Assembly: GCA_038064435.1 (NCBI GenBank)
Contig: JBBTTC010000003.1
Coordinates: 9,205 to 73,204, forward strand
Reading direction: 5' to 3'
Origin: Patescibacteria group bacterium
GTDB lineage: Bacteria; Patescibacteriota; Minisyncoccia; Phycocordibacterales; JACOZG01
Length of the DNA stretch: 64,000 bases
A program made the translations under genes and the position numbers. How positions within the stretch are numbered: position 1 is the first letter of the stretch; every line of letters begins with the position of its first letter. The notes under the pieces are model-generated. The model worked only from the letters and a program-made list of their open reading frames with translations, did no database searches and was not told the origin of the DNA. Positions 26,888 through 35,150 of this stretch are shown here, one piece after another.

Positions 26888-29209
26888 CTAATTCAGCTCT
26901 GCCCAATTTGTACCGGAAGAAGCGTTGATGACTAGCGGCACCGTAGTTTCAATCGCTTGCTCCATGAGTGTTTTAATCTCCGGTTTAACGCGAGCCAGTT
27001 TGCCAATGGGTAATTCGTAAATTAGTTCGTCATGCACTTGCAAAAGAAGATGAACCTCGGCGGCTAAACCGGCCGTCGTGAGATACTCGTCCACCTTGAT
27101 CATGGCAATCTTAACGATGTCAGCGGCCGTGCCCTGGAGCGGCGCATTAATGGCCATGCGCTCGGCGGCGGCGCGCAAGGCCGGCAAGGGTGAATTGATG
27201 GCCGGCAAGTAGCGGCGCCGACCAAACAAAGTACGAGTGTAGCCCGTTTGTCGGGCAATTTGTTTGATCGACTCAAAATAATTTTTAATCTGGGCGAAAG
27301 CGGTAAAGTAGTGATCATAAAATTCTACCGCCTCTTGTCGACTAACACCCAAGTTCTCACGCAAGGCGTTAATGCCCATACCATAGATAATGCCAAAATT
27401 GATTACCTTAGCTCGGCGACGCATTTCCTTGGTCACTTCATTCTCTTTAACACCAAAAACGCGGGCGGCCACGCCAGCGTGAATATCGGCGCCAGTGGCA
27501 AAAATTTTGTTCAGTCCCGCATCACCCGAAAGCAAGGCCAAAACCCGCATTTCAATTTGCGAGTAATCAAAAGCGGCTAACACGTGTCCCGGCCGAGCCA
27601 CGAAGGCTTGCCGCACCGCCCGCCCCAGCTCACCACTGACCGGAATGTTTTGTAAATTGGGGTGACGTGACGATAGTCGGCCAGTGGTAGCACCACACTG
27701 ATCGAACGTGGTATGCAACACCCCGTCTTCGTCAGTCAGAGCGGGTAAATTATCAATGTAGGTAGAAAGTAATTTTTGTAATTCGCGGTACGGCAACAGT
27801 TCCGCCACCACCGGATGAACGTCGCGCAACTTAACCAACTCCGACTCACGCGTCGAGCGCGCGCCGCCAGCCGTTTTTTTGAGGCCTTTGTAATTTAATT
27901 TCAATTCATCAAATAGTATTTGCGCCAGTTGTTTGGGCGAATTGAGGTTGAAATCGTGGCCAACTAGCTTAAAAATTTTTTTACTCACGACGGCCAACCG
28001 ACGATGATAATCGGCCGACAGAACCCGCAAGTAATCGAGATCAAGCGTAATGCCGCGGCGCGTGGCTCGTTCCAAGATTGGCCAAAGTGGCAATTCAATT
28101 TGACGATAAACCGTATCGAGACCCTGCTCCTTGAGACGCGCCGCCAGATTGTCTTTGGCGGCCAGCAACTGTTCATCAGTTGGATCGCTCCGTTCCGGAT
28201 CCAGTAAGCATGCAGCGATACGTAAACGCGCCCGCTCTTCAGTGGTAAAGACAATGTTTGGTGTGCCGTCCGCCACGGTGGCCGCGCCCGACGCATCAGA
28301 CCACAGTGCACCAACCCGCCCAAGCAAACTCTTGAAGCCTAGATCGTTCAGTAAACGATTAACTGATTCGCGATTGACTTCCTGGCGCCAATCCAAAGCG
28401 GGCTGGCGCCAACTAACCGGAGCATCACGCCGAATAGTGGCTAAAGTTTTGGAAAACAGAGCCTCTTCTTCGCCGGCTACCAACAATTTAATTACGCGCT
28501 CGGTCAAACCAACCTTTAAAAATGGCCCGTGGCCAGACTTTAATTTAAGGTAAATTTGCTCGATCGAGCCAAAATTTTGAATTAATATCGCAGCCGTTTT
28601 TTCACCAATACCCTTAATGCCAATGATATTATCGGATGGGTCGCCACGCAAACCCTTATAATCCGGCATCAGCTCGGGACCAAAACCGAAGCGTTGCCGC
28701 ACCGCCTCCTCATCATAAATTATTGTCTCATTAAGACCGCGTTTGAGCGTAAAGACGCGCACCCGTCGCCCGCTCACCAATTGCAAAGTATCCATATCAC
28801 CAGAGGCAATAATCACTTCCAGTTCTAGATCGTCGGTTGTTTGCGCCACCAAGGTGCCAATAATATCATCGGCCTCAAAACCGGCGGCATCAAAAGTGGG
28901 AATATGAAAAGCGGTTAAAACATCGCGAGATCGTTTAATTTGCGCCACCAATTCCCGGTCGGCCGCCGGCCGACCGGATTTATAGTCCTCATAAATTTCA
29001 CGGCGAAAAGTGGGTCCGGGCAAATCATAGGCGGCGATCAAATAATCGGGAGAAAAATCAGAAATAATTTTTGTCAGCATTGATACCAAACCATACAGGC
29101 CGCCGGTTGGTTCGCCGGCGGCGGAAGTGAAGTTGGGCAGGGCATGATAAGCCCGATGGATAATCGAGTGAGCATCAAGTAAAATTAATTTTTTCTTTTT
29201 GCCACTCAT
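26888..29209 (-). CDS. polA: DNA polymerase I (5'-3' exonuclease + polymerase domains); start at MSGKKKK
   Basis: LILLDAHSIIHRAYHALP 5' nuclease N-terminus; polymerase motifs RRRAKVINFGIIYG, LQVHDELI. Confidence 0.9.
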   Translation of the reverse strand: MSGKKKKLILLDAHSIIHRAYHALPNFTSAAGEPTGGLYGLVSMLTKIISDFSPDYLIAAYDLPGPTFRREIYEDYKSGRPAADRELVAQIKRSRDVLTAFHIPTFDAAGFEADDIIGTLVAQTTDDLELEVIIASGDMDTLQLVSGRRVRVFTLKRGLNETIIYDEEAVRQRFGFGPELMPDYKGLRGDPSDNIIGIKGIGEKTAAILIQNFGSIEQIYLKLKSGHGPFLKVGLTERVIKLLVAGEEEALFSKTLATIRRDAPVSWRQPALDWRQEVNRESVNRLLNDLGFKSLLGRVGALWSDASGAATVADGTPNIVFTTEERARLRIAACLLDPERSDPTDEQLLAAKDNLAARLKEQGLDTVYRQIELPLWPILERATRRGITLDLDYLRVLSADYHRRLAVVSKKIFKLVGHDFNLNSPKQLAQILFDELKLNYKGLKKTAGGARSTRESELVKLRDVHPVVAELLPYRELQKLLSTYIDNLPALTDEDGVLHTTFDQCGATTGRLSSRHPNLQNIPVSGELGRAVRQAFVARPGHVLAAFDYSQIEMRVLALLSGDAGLNKIFATGADIHAGVAARVFGVKENEVTKEMRRRAKVINFGIIYGMGINALRENLGVSRQEAVEFYDHYFTAFAQIKNYFESIKQIARQTGYTRTLFGRRRYLPAINSPLPALRAAAERMAINAPLQGTAADIVKIAMIKVDEYLTTAGLAAEVHLLLQVHDELIYELPIGKLARVKPEIKTLMEQAIETTVPLVINASSGTNWAELN

Positions 29210-29655
29210 GGCGATAGACGAATACGTCGAGCTTGCTCCGGTAACACCCCAAACGCCACTTCGTGCGCGCCGGCCGGCAGGGCCGACGCCACTCGTTCGG
29301 CCCATTCTACCAATACAAACGCACCCGGATCAGCAATAATTTTTTGCCAACCAAGCGCCTCCAGGTCAGCCGAGCCAGCCAAACGATAGGCATCAAGATG
29401 ATACCAAAAACGCCACGGCCAATAATCACTTTTGATCTCGTACTTTTTGAGCACCACGAAGGTTGGGCTGGTGATAGCTGCGGTCAGGCCCAGGCGCCGA
29501 CCAACAGCTTGAGCTAGAGCCGTTTTGCCAGCGCCCAACTCACCACGTAGCCCCACTACCGTGGCCGCCCCGCTCGGCTGGTGGTCTCGCCAACGCTCTA
29601 GCGCCTGCCCGGCAAATGCTTCTAGGTCAGATAAGTTGCTAATTATGACCTCCAT
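29206..29655 (-). CDS. tsaE: tRNA t6A biosynthesis ATPase TsaE (YjeE)
   Basis: VVGLRGELGAGKTALAQAV...TSPTFVVLKKYE...WYHLDAYRL. Confidence 0.8.
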   Translation of the reverse strand: MEVIISNLSDLEAFAGQALERWRDHQPSGAATVVGLRGELGAGKTALAQAVGRRLGLTAAITSPTFVVLKKYEIKSDYWPWRFWYHLDAYRLAGSADLEALGWQKIIADPGAFVLVEWAERVASALPAGAHEVAFGVLPEQARRIRLSP

Positions 29656-29742
29656 GGCCTCATCTTAACACAGCAATTTGTTTTTCCACTGCCATGATTA
29701 GGTGTTTTAAAATTAGTATGATAGGAATGTTATTAAGCCGAC

Positions 29743-31437
29743 ATGCTGGAATTTAAAGAGGAAAAACAATTACAAAAAGTTAACGAACTTCACTATAAAG
29801 AAGCAGAAGATCTGGCCCAAATCCTCTCACAAAAATACCAGCTCCCCTACATTGACCTCACTAAGTTTGCCGTCAATACCGATGCCCTGCGTTTAATCGA
29901 CGAAAATGACGCTCGAGCTGGCCGTTTGGCCGCCTTTAAGCTGGTGGGTAAAAATATTTATATTGTCACCACTTCGCCCGAACAAGAAACAGCACAAAAA
30001 ATATTGGCGGGGCTTAAAGATAAGGGCTACCGACCGGAGTTACACCTAGCATCGGAGGCCAGTTTGGAGCGCGCTTGGAGTCGCTACGAGGAAATTTCTC
30101 ACGCCACGCGCACCGAGGCGGGGATGATTAATCTGTCGCCAGATCGCATCAAAGAATTTCTGTCAGCCATCACTGACCTGAATAGTTTTAAAGATAAATT
30201 TGCCACCATTACCGCCAACCCCGAGGCGGGTGGTACTTCTGATATTCTGGAAATTATTTTGGCCGGCGGTTTGGTTACCGGCGCTTCCGACATTCACTTT
30301 GAACCCGTAGAAAACAGTGTGCGTCTGCGCTACCGCCTCGATGGTGTTTTACACGACATTACCTTCCTCCAGTCGGCCACCTATCACCGACTGCTCTCGC
30401 GAATTAAATTAATTTCCGGTCTCAAGCTTAACATTACTAGTGCCGCGCAAGACGGTCGTTTTAGTTTAGTTCTGCCCGATACCGAGATCGAATTCCGAGT
30501 ATCAATTTTGCCGGGCGCCTATGGTGAATCGGTCGTCACGCGCATTCTCAACCCGGATTCCATCCGCATCGGCTTCGATAATCTCGGCCTCGACGAGCAC
30601 CTGCAAACTATCCTTGAGCGACAAATCCGCAAACCCAACGGCTTACTCTTACTAACCGGCCCCACCGGCTCGGGTAAAACCACCACGCTCTACGCCCTGC
30701 TCAACCAGATCAATTCTCCCGACACCAAAATCATCACTATCGAAGATCCAATTGAGTACCATCTGGCCGGAGTGAATCAAACACAAGTCAATCCAGAGAA
30801 AAATTATACCTTTATAGACGGTCTGCGTTCGGCCCTACGTCAAGATCCCGATGTGATTATGGTGGGCGAAATTCGCGATGGCGAAACAGCTAAAATTGCC
30901 ATCAATTCCGCTCTCACCGGCCACTTGGTGCTTTCCACCCTGCACACCAATAACGCGGCCGGGGCTATCCCACGCCTGGTGGATCTCGGCGTCAGTGCCA
31001 AAATACTTGACTCGGCGCTAGACATCAGTCTGGCTCAACGTTTGATACGACGTCTATGCCCCGATTGCCGCCGCCTGGCGCCACCGACGGCTGAAGAAAA
31101 AAAGTTGGTTGAACAAATTGCCGCCGGCATCAGGAGGCGGCGACCCGACTGGTCGCCGCCAGCAGATTACCAGCTGGCGGCACCAGCCGAGGGTGGTTGC
31201 GCCACTTGCCACCATACTGGCTTTCGCGGCCGGATCGGAGTTTTTGAAGCCATCATAATGGACGCGGCCGTGGCACAACTATTGGTCGATAATCCCAGCG
31301 AGCGAGAAATCGCCCGGGCGGCCGAACCGCAAGGCATACTGGCCATGGCCGAGGACGGATTACTTAAGGTCCTAGCTGGCACCACCTCGCTCGCCGAACT
31401 GGCGAGAGTGGTTAATATCGAGAATCTAAACCTCTAA
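29743..31437 (+). CDS. GspE/PilB-family secretion ATPase (second paralog)
   Basis: 564 aa; GSPII_E_N-like N-terminus, Walker A LLLTGPTGSGKTTTLY, IEDPIEY, GEIRDGET, Cys4 zinc motif CPDC...CATCHH. Confidence 0.85.
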   Translation: MLEFKEEKQLQKVNELHYKEAEDLAQILSQKYQLPYIDLTKFAVNTDALRLIDENDARAGRLAAFKLVGKNIYIVTTSPEQETAQKILAGLKDKGYRPELHLASEASLERAWSRYEEISHATRTEAGMINLSPDRIKEFLSAITDLNSFKDKFATITANPEAGGTSDILEIILAGGLVTGASDIHFEPVENSVRLRYRLDGVLHDITFLQSATYHRLLSRIKLISGLKLNITSAAQDGRFSLVLPDTEIEFRVSILPGAYGESVVTRILNPDSIRIGFDNLGLDEHLQTILERQIRKPNGLLLLTGPTGSGKTTTLYALLNQINSPDTKIITIEDPIEYHLAGVNQTQVNPEKNYTFIDGLRSALRQDPDVIMVGEIRDGETAKIAINSALTGHLVLSTLHTNNAAGAIPRLVDLGVSAKILDSALDISLAQRLIRRLCPDCRRLAPPTAEEKKLVEQIAAGIRRRRPDWSPPADYQLAAPAEGGCATCHHTGFRGRIGVFEAIIMDAAVAQLLVDNPSEREIARAAEPQGILAMAEDGLLKVLAGTTSLAELARVVNIENLNL

Positions 31438-31573
31438 GCAAACCTTTCAACATGACATTAAAAGTTAGGCTGGCCTTTGGGGATAGCCCCCGCCAACCCC
31501 CGCAAAGAGGAAAACCGGAGCGTCCCCTTCGGCAACCCGATTAAGCCCGAGGACTTAGTTGCTTAGAGGTTTA
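31423..31573 (+). repeat. Long-range 15-bp inverted repeat (taaacctctaagcaa / ttgcttagaggttta) enclosing about 120 nt with internal hairpins; candidate structured leader upstream of ruvB
   Basis: Perfect arms at about 31423..31440 and about 31559..31573; internal ggggatagcccc hairpin. Confidence 0.35.
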
Positions 31574-31619
31574 GGGTCTCGATAATTGGTAACCACCTCC
31601 AGACTAGCATAAAAGAATT

Positions 31620-32645
31620 TTGATGTCAAGAGAAAATAAGGATAGTCCGGCGCCGGTCTTGGATGACCGCTTTTTAGACAGCGCCCTTCGGCCAACAGTT
31701 TGGGGTGACTATGTGGGCCAGCAGAACATAAAAAACAATCTGCAGATCCTGCTTCAAGCAGCCAAAGAACGTGGCCAACCGCCAGAACACCTTCTGTTTT
31801 ACGGTTCGCCCGGTCTAGGCAAAACCACCTTGGCCTACCTGATTGCCAAAGAGCTGGGGGTGCAAATTAAAATCACCTCTGGACCAGCGATAGAAAAGGT
31901 GGGCGACCTAGCTTCAATTCTCACCAATCTGGCAACCAACGATATTTTATTTATTGACGAGGTGCATCGTCTCAATAAATTAATCGAGGAAGTTTTATAT
32001 CCGGCCATGGAGTCGGGCGTGCTCAACATCATCATTGGCAAGGGACCCGGGGCGCGCGTAATCCAGCTCGACCTGCCACCATTTACCCTGATTGCCGCCA
32101 CTACAAAAATTGCCGCCCTATCGGCGCCACTACGTTCACGCTTTTCCGGCGGTATCTTCCGTCTCGACTTTTATACCAACCGAGAAATCGAAGAGATTGT
32201 TAATCGGTCAGCCCGCGTGCTCGGCGTAACGGTGGCCGCCGCGGCCGCGGCGGCTGTGGCGACGCGTAGCCGCTTCACGCCACGGGCCGCCAATCAACTA
32301 CTCAAACGTTGCCGCGACTTGGCCCAGATCAAACGCCGCGATATTGATGAGAGCATAGTGGTCGAAACACTGGAATTGCTCGGGATCGACAAGCTGGGAT
32401 TAACTGCCGCTGACCGTCGAGTGCTGGAAGTTATGATTGATAAATTTAATGGCGGACCGGTGGGCTTAAACACCTTGGCCGCAGCCGCGGCCGAAGAAGA
32501 GGCCACAATTGAAGAAGTATACGAACCCTATCTTCTGCAACTGGGCTTCATCGAACGCACGCCACGCGGCCGCCAAATCACACCGGCCGCCCACGCCCAC
32601 TTGGGTCGTTCTAACGCTAAAACAAATTTGTTTAACCAAAAATAG
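31620..32645 (+). CDS. ruvB: Holliday junction DNA helicase RuvB
   Basis: [15 protein letters not shown] Walker A, FIDEVHRL Walker B, C-terminal winged helix. Confidence 0.9.
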   Translation: MMSRENKDSPAPVLDDRFLDSALRPTVWGDYVGQQNIKNNLQILLQAAKERGQPPEHLLFYGSPGLGKTTLAYLIAKELGVQIKITSGPAIEKVGDLASILTNLATNDILFIDEVHRLNKLIEEVLYPAMESGVLNIIIGKGPGARVIQLDLPPFTLIAATTKIAALSAPLRSRFSGGIFRLDFYTNREIEEIVNRSARVLGVTVAAAAAAAVATRSRFTPRAANQLLKRCRDLAQIKRRDIDESIVVETLELLGIDKLGLTAADRRVLEVMIDKFNGGPVGLNTLAAAAAEEEATIEEVYEPYLLQLGFIERTPRGRQITPAAHAHLGRSNAKTNLFNQK

Positions 32646-32660
32646 ATTAGAATAAGCAAT

Positions 32661-33194
32661 ATGTCTGGGCACAATAAATGGTCGCAGATCAAAAATAAAA
32701 AAGCCGCCAGTGACGCCAAAAAGAGTCAGCAGTTTGCCATGCTAGTGCGCAACGTCGCTCTCGAGGCGCGACGCACCGACGGCAATCGCCAAGCACCGGG
32801 TCTGCGCGCCGCCATTGAGCAGGCCCGAACCGCCAATATGCCCAACGAGAACATTGATCGCGCTATCGAAAAAGCTCTTGGCACCAATGGTGAAAATTAC
32901 GAAGAGGTGATCTACGAAACCTACGGGCCGGGCGGTGTAGCCATGATCATTGGTGGATTAACCGGTAATAAAAATCGCACTGGGCAGGAAATAAAACATC
33001 TGCTTAGCGACTTTGGTTTGACCCTAGCCGCGCCCGGCGCGGTGACCTGGGCCTTTGTTTCTCGCGACGGTAGGTGGCAAGCTAAAACCGAGACCGAAAT
33101 AACGCCGGCCGAGCACGAAGAATTAAATCGAATCACCGTTGCTCTTGAAGCTCACCCTGACGTCAAAAAAATTTATGATAATTGTCGGCGTTGA
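32661..33194 (+). CDS. YebC/PmpR-family protein, C-terminally short (177 aa)
   Basis: MSGHNKWSQIKNKKAASDAKKSQQFAMLVRNV is the canonical YebC N-terminus; ends early where ruvC begins. Confidence 0.65.
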   Translation: MSGHNKWSQIKNKKAASDAKKSQQFAMLVRNVALEARRTDGNRQAPGLRAAIEQARTANMPNENIDRAIEKALGTNGENYEEVIYETYGPGGVAMIIGGLTGNKNRTGQEIKHLLSDFGLTLAAPGAVTWAFVSRDGRWQAKTETEITPAEHEELNRITVALEAHPDVKKIYDNCRR

Positions 33195-33675
33195 TCCGGG
33201 CTATGATCGACTGGGTGTGGCAATAGTCGAAGGCAACGTGGTTCGATATTCGGTTTGCCTGTCCACCGATCGCCAACTTGATTTTGCCAGTCGCCTGCAA
33301 CAACTAGGACAGAGTTTCACCGCCCTGCTCAATCAGCATCGACCCGAGGCATTGGCGATCGAAAAAATTTTTCTTGAGCGTAATCAAAAAACAGCCATGA
33401 TGGTGAGCGAGGTACGAGGCGTAATTTGTTATTTGGCCGGCCAGCATGGTTTACCAATTTTTGAATACACGCCATTGCAAATTAAACTAACGGTTACCGG
33501 CTTTGGCCGAGCTGACAAACGACAAGTCACCGGCATGGTTAAACGTTTAGTCACCATCAATCAGCCGATCAAACATGATGACGAATTTGATGCCATTGCC
33601 ATTGCCCTCACCGCCTTGGCCCACACCCCGCACTTGGCTTTATCCACAACTCGGCCGCCGGTGGTTGCAAAATAA
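33175..33675 (+). CDS. ruvC: Crossover junction endodeoxyribonuclease RuvC
   Basis: MIIVGVDPGYDRLGVAIVEG...AIEKIFL...DEFDAIAIALTA RuvC catalytic residues. Confidence 0.8.
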   Translation: MIIVGVDPGYDRLGVAIVEGNVVRYSVCLSTDRQLDFASRLQQLGQSFTALLNQHRPEALAIEKIFLERNQKTAMMVSEVRGVICYLAGQHGLPIFEYTPLQIKLTVTGFGRADKRQVTGMVKRLVTINQPIKHDDEFDAIAIALTALAHTPHLALSTTRPPVVAK

Positions 33676-33902
33676 TTTGGGTGTGCTAAAAATTACCTCC
33701 GTGGTTAATTAAAGGTCGTTATATTTAAATTTTTGTAGAAAATGGACGATATAATGATGGAAGGTGACATGGAGATGGACACGACCGAGGATGAAACCGA
33801 AGAGGAGAACGAAGTAGAAGATAAGGAGGTCGGCGGCGATGACGATGATGATGCCGATGACGATGAAGTGAGCGACGAAGAAGAATAAGAGAAGTAAAAA
33901 AA

Positions 33903-33949
33903 ATAAAAGCCCGTCAGTTCGCCGCGGCGAAATGGTGGGCTTTTATTTA
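33903..33949. terminator. Bidirectional intrinsic terminator (aaagccc...gggcttt hairpin flanked by A-/T-runs) between ruvC side and tyrS
   Basis: aaaaaaataaaagcccgtcagttcgccgcggcgaaatggtgggcttttattt. Confidence 0.5.
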
Positions 33950-35098
33950 TGCCTTAAGTGTAATCTGGGCGAAGCGTTTCTTGCCGATCTTAAGCTCTAG
34001 GGGGCTGATCAATGAGTGGTTCGGGTCGGCAATTTTTGTCCCCGATATTTCTTCCACGGCGCCAGCAGTCACCAAGCGCCGCCATTCACTTTTTGATTTA
34101 ACCACTCCGGCCGTCACCAAGACATCGCCCAACTGTACGCCGGGGCGCACGTTGAGCTTGAGCACATCGGCTGGTAAACCATGTTGCTGAAAAGCTCTTT
34201 GCCACTCGCGCTCGGCCACTCGCGCTCGGGTGGCGCCAGCGGTCAGCGCCACCACCTCGCGCGCCAAACGCATCTTGGCGTCGCGCGGCGGCATAATCAA
34301 AACGGCTTCGCGCTCGGCCGAGGTCAGGCGAGTCAAAAGTTCCAACGCCACCGCGAGCCGCTCGTCCGGCCAACTCATAATTTGCCCGTAGATGGCGGCC
34401 GGACCATCGTTTAAGCGTGCCATGTTGCCGTCAGTCTTGCCCATTTTTTTCCCGCTGCCGTCGGTCAAGAGTTTTAGGGCCATAACAAATTTTTCCTGCC
34501 CATGATTTTTTTGCAGATCTCGACCCATCAGCATATTAAACGTCTGATCATTGCCGCCCAATTCTAAATCAACGGCCAGATGCCAAGAGTCGTAAGCCTG
34601 GAGCAGGGGGTAAAAAAACTCGTGCACGTAAACTGGTTCGCCGCGATCGAGCCGCGAACGAAACATGTCGCGCTCGGAAAGTTGTGACACCGTAAACTGT
34701 GCGGCTAGCACGAGGAGTGAGGCGGCATTGAGTTTGCCCAGCCACCGACTGTTGTACATCACCTCGGTCTGACGCAAATTCAAAAATCGCCCAAGCTGGC
34801 GCCGATAGGTTTTGAAATTGGCTTTGACTTCGGCCGCGCTAAGCTGGCGGCGCGCCGCTAACTTGTCGGTGGGATCACCAATACGAGCAGTAAAGTCGCC
34901 GATCACTAAAATTACCTGGTGACCAGCTGTTTGGAAATCTCGCAGTTTAAGCAACATCGCCAGATGGCCAAGATGAAGATCCGGACCAGTGGGATCAATC
35001 CCCCAATATAATCGCAGTGGCCCCCGACTCAAGCGCTCGGCCAACGCCTCGCGTGATGGGTAAAGGCGCTCAACGCCGCGATTTAACAATTCTTCCAT
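33947..35098 (-). CDS. tyrS: Tyrosyl-tRNA synthetase
   Basis: HIGH motif region GPDLHLGHL, KMSKS-like KKMGKT, C-terminal S4-like domain. Confidence 0.85.
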   Translation of the reverse strand: MEELLNRGVERLYPSREALAERLSRGPLRLYWGIDPTGPDLHLGHLAMLLKLRDFQTAGHQVILVIGDFTARIGDPTDKLAARRQLSAAEVKANFKTYRRQLGRFLNLRQTEVMYNSRWLGKLNAASLLVLAAQFTVSQLSERDMFRSRLDRGEPVYVHEFFYPLLQAYDSWHLAVDLELGGNDQTFNMLMGRDLQKNHGQEKFVMALKLLTDGSGKKMGKTDGNMARLNDGPAAIYGQIMSWPDERLAVALELLTRLTSAEREAVLIMPPRDAKMRLAREVVALTAGATRARVAEREWQRAFQQHGLPADVLKLNVRPGVQLGDVLVTAGVVKSKSEWRRLVTAGAVEEISGTKIADPNHSLISPLELKIGKKRFAQITLKA

Positions 35099-35150
35099 CT
35101 CTTGAATTTATCATACTTTACCGACTGCTTCTACGTGTTAGGATAGGATT

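Noticed and set aside
31441-31619. tRNA or tmRNA in the pilB-paralog/ruvB spacer
   Set aside because: No cloverleaf could be folded by hand. It is reported only as an inverted-repeat structure.
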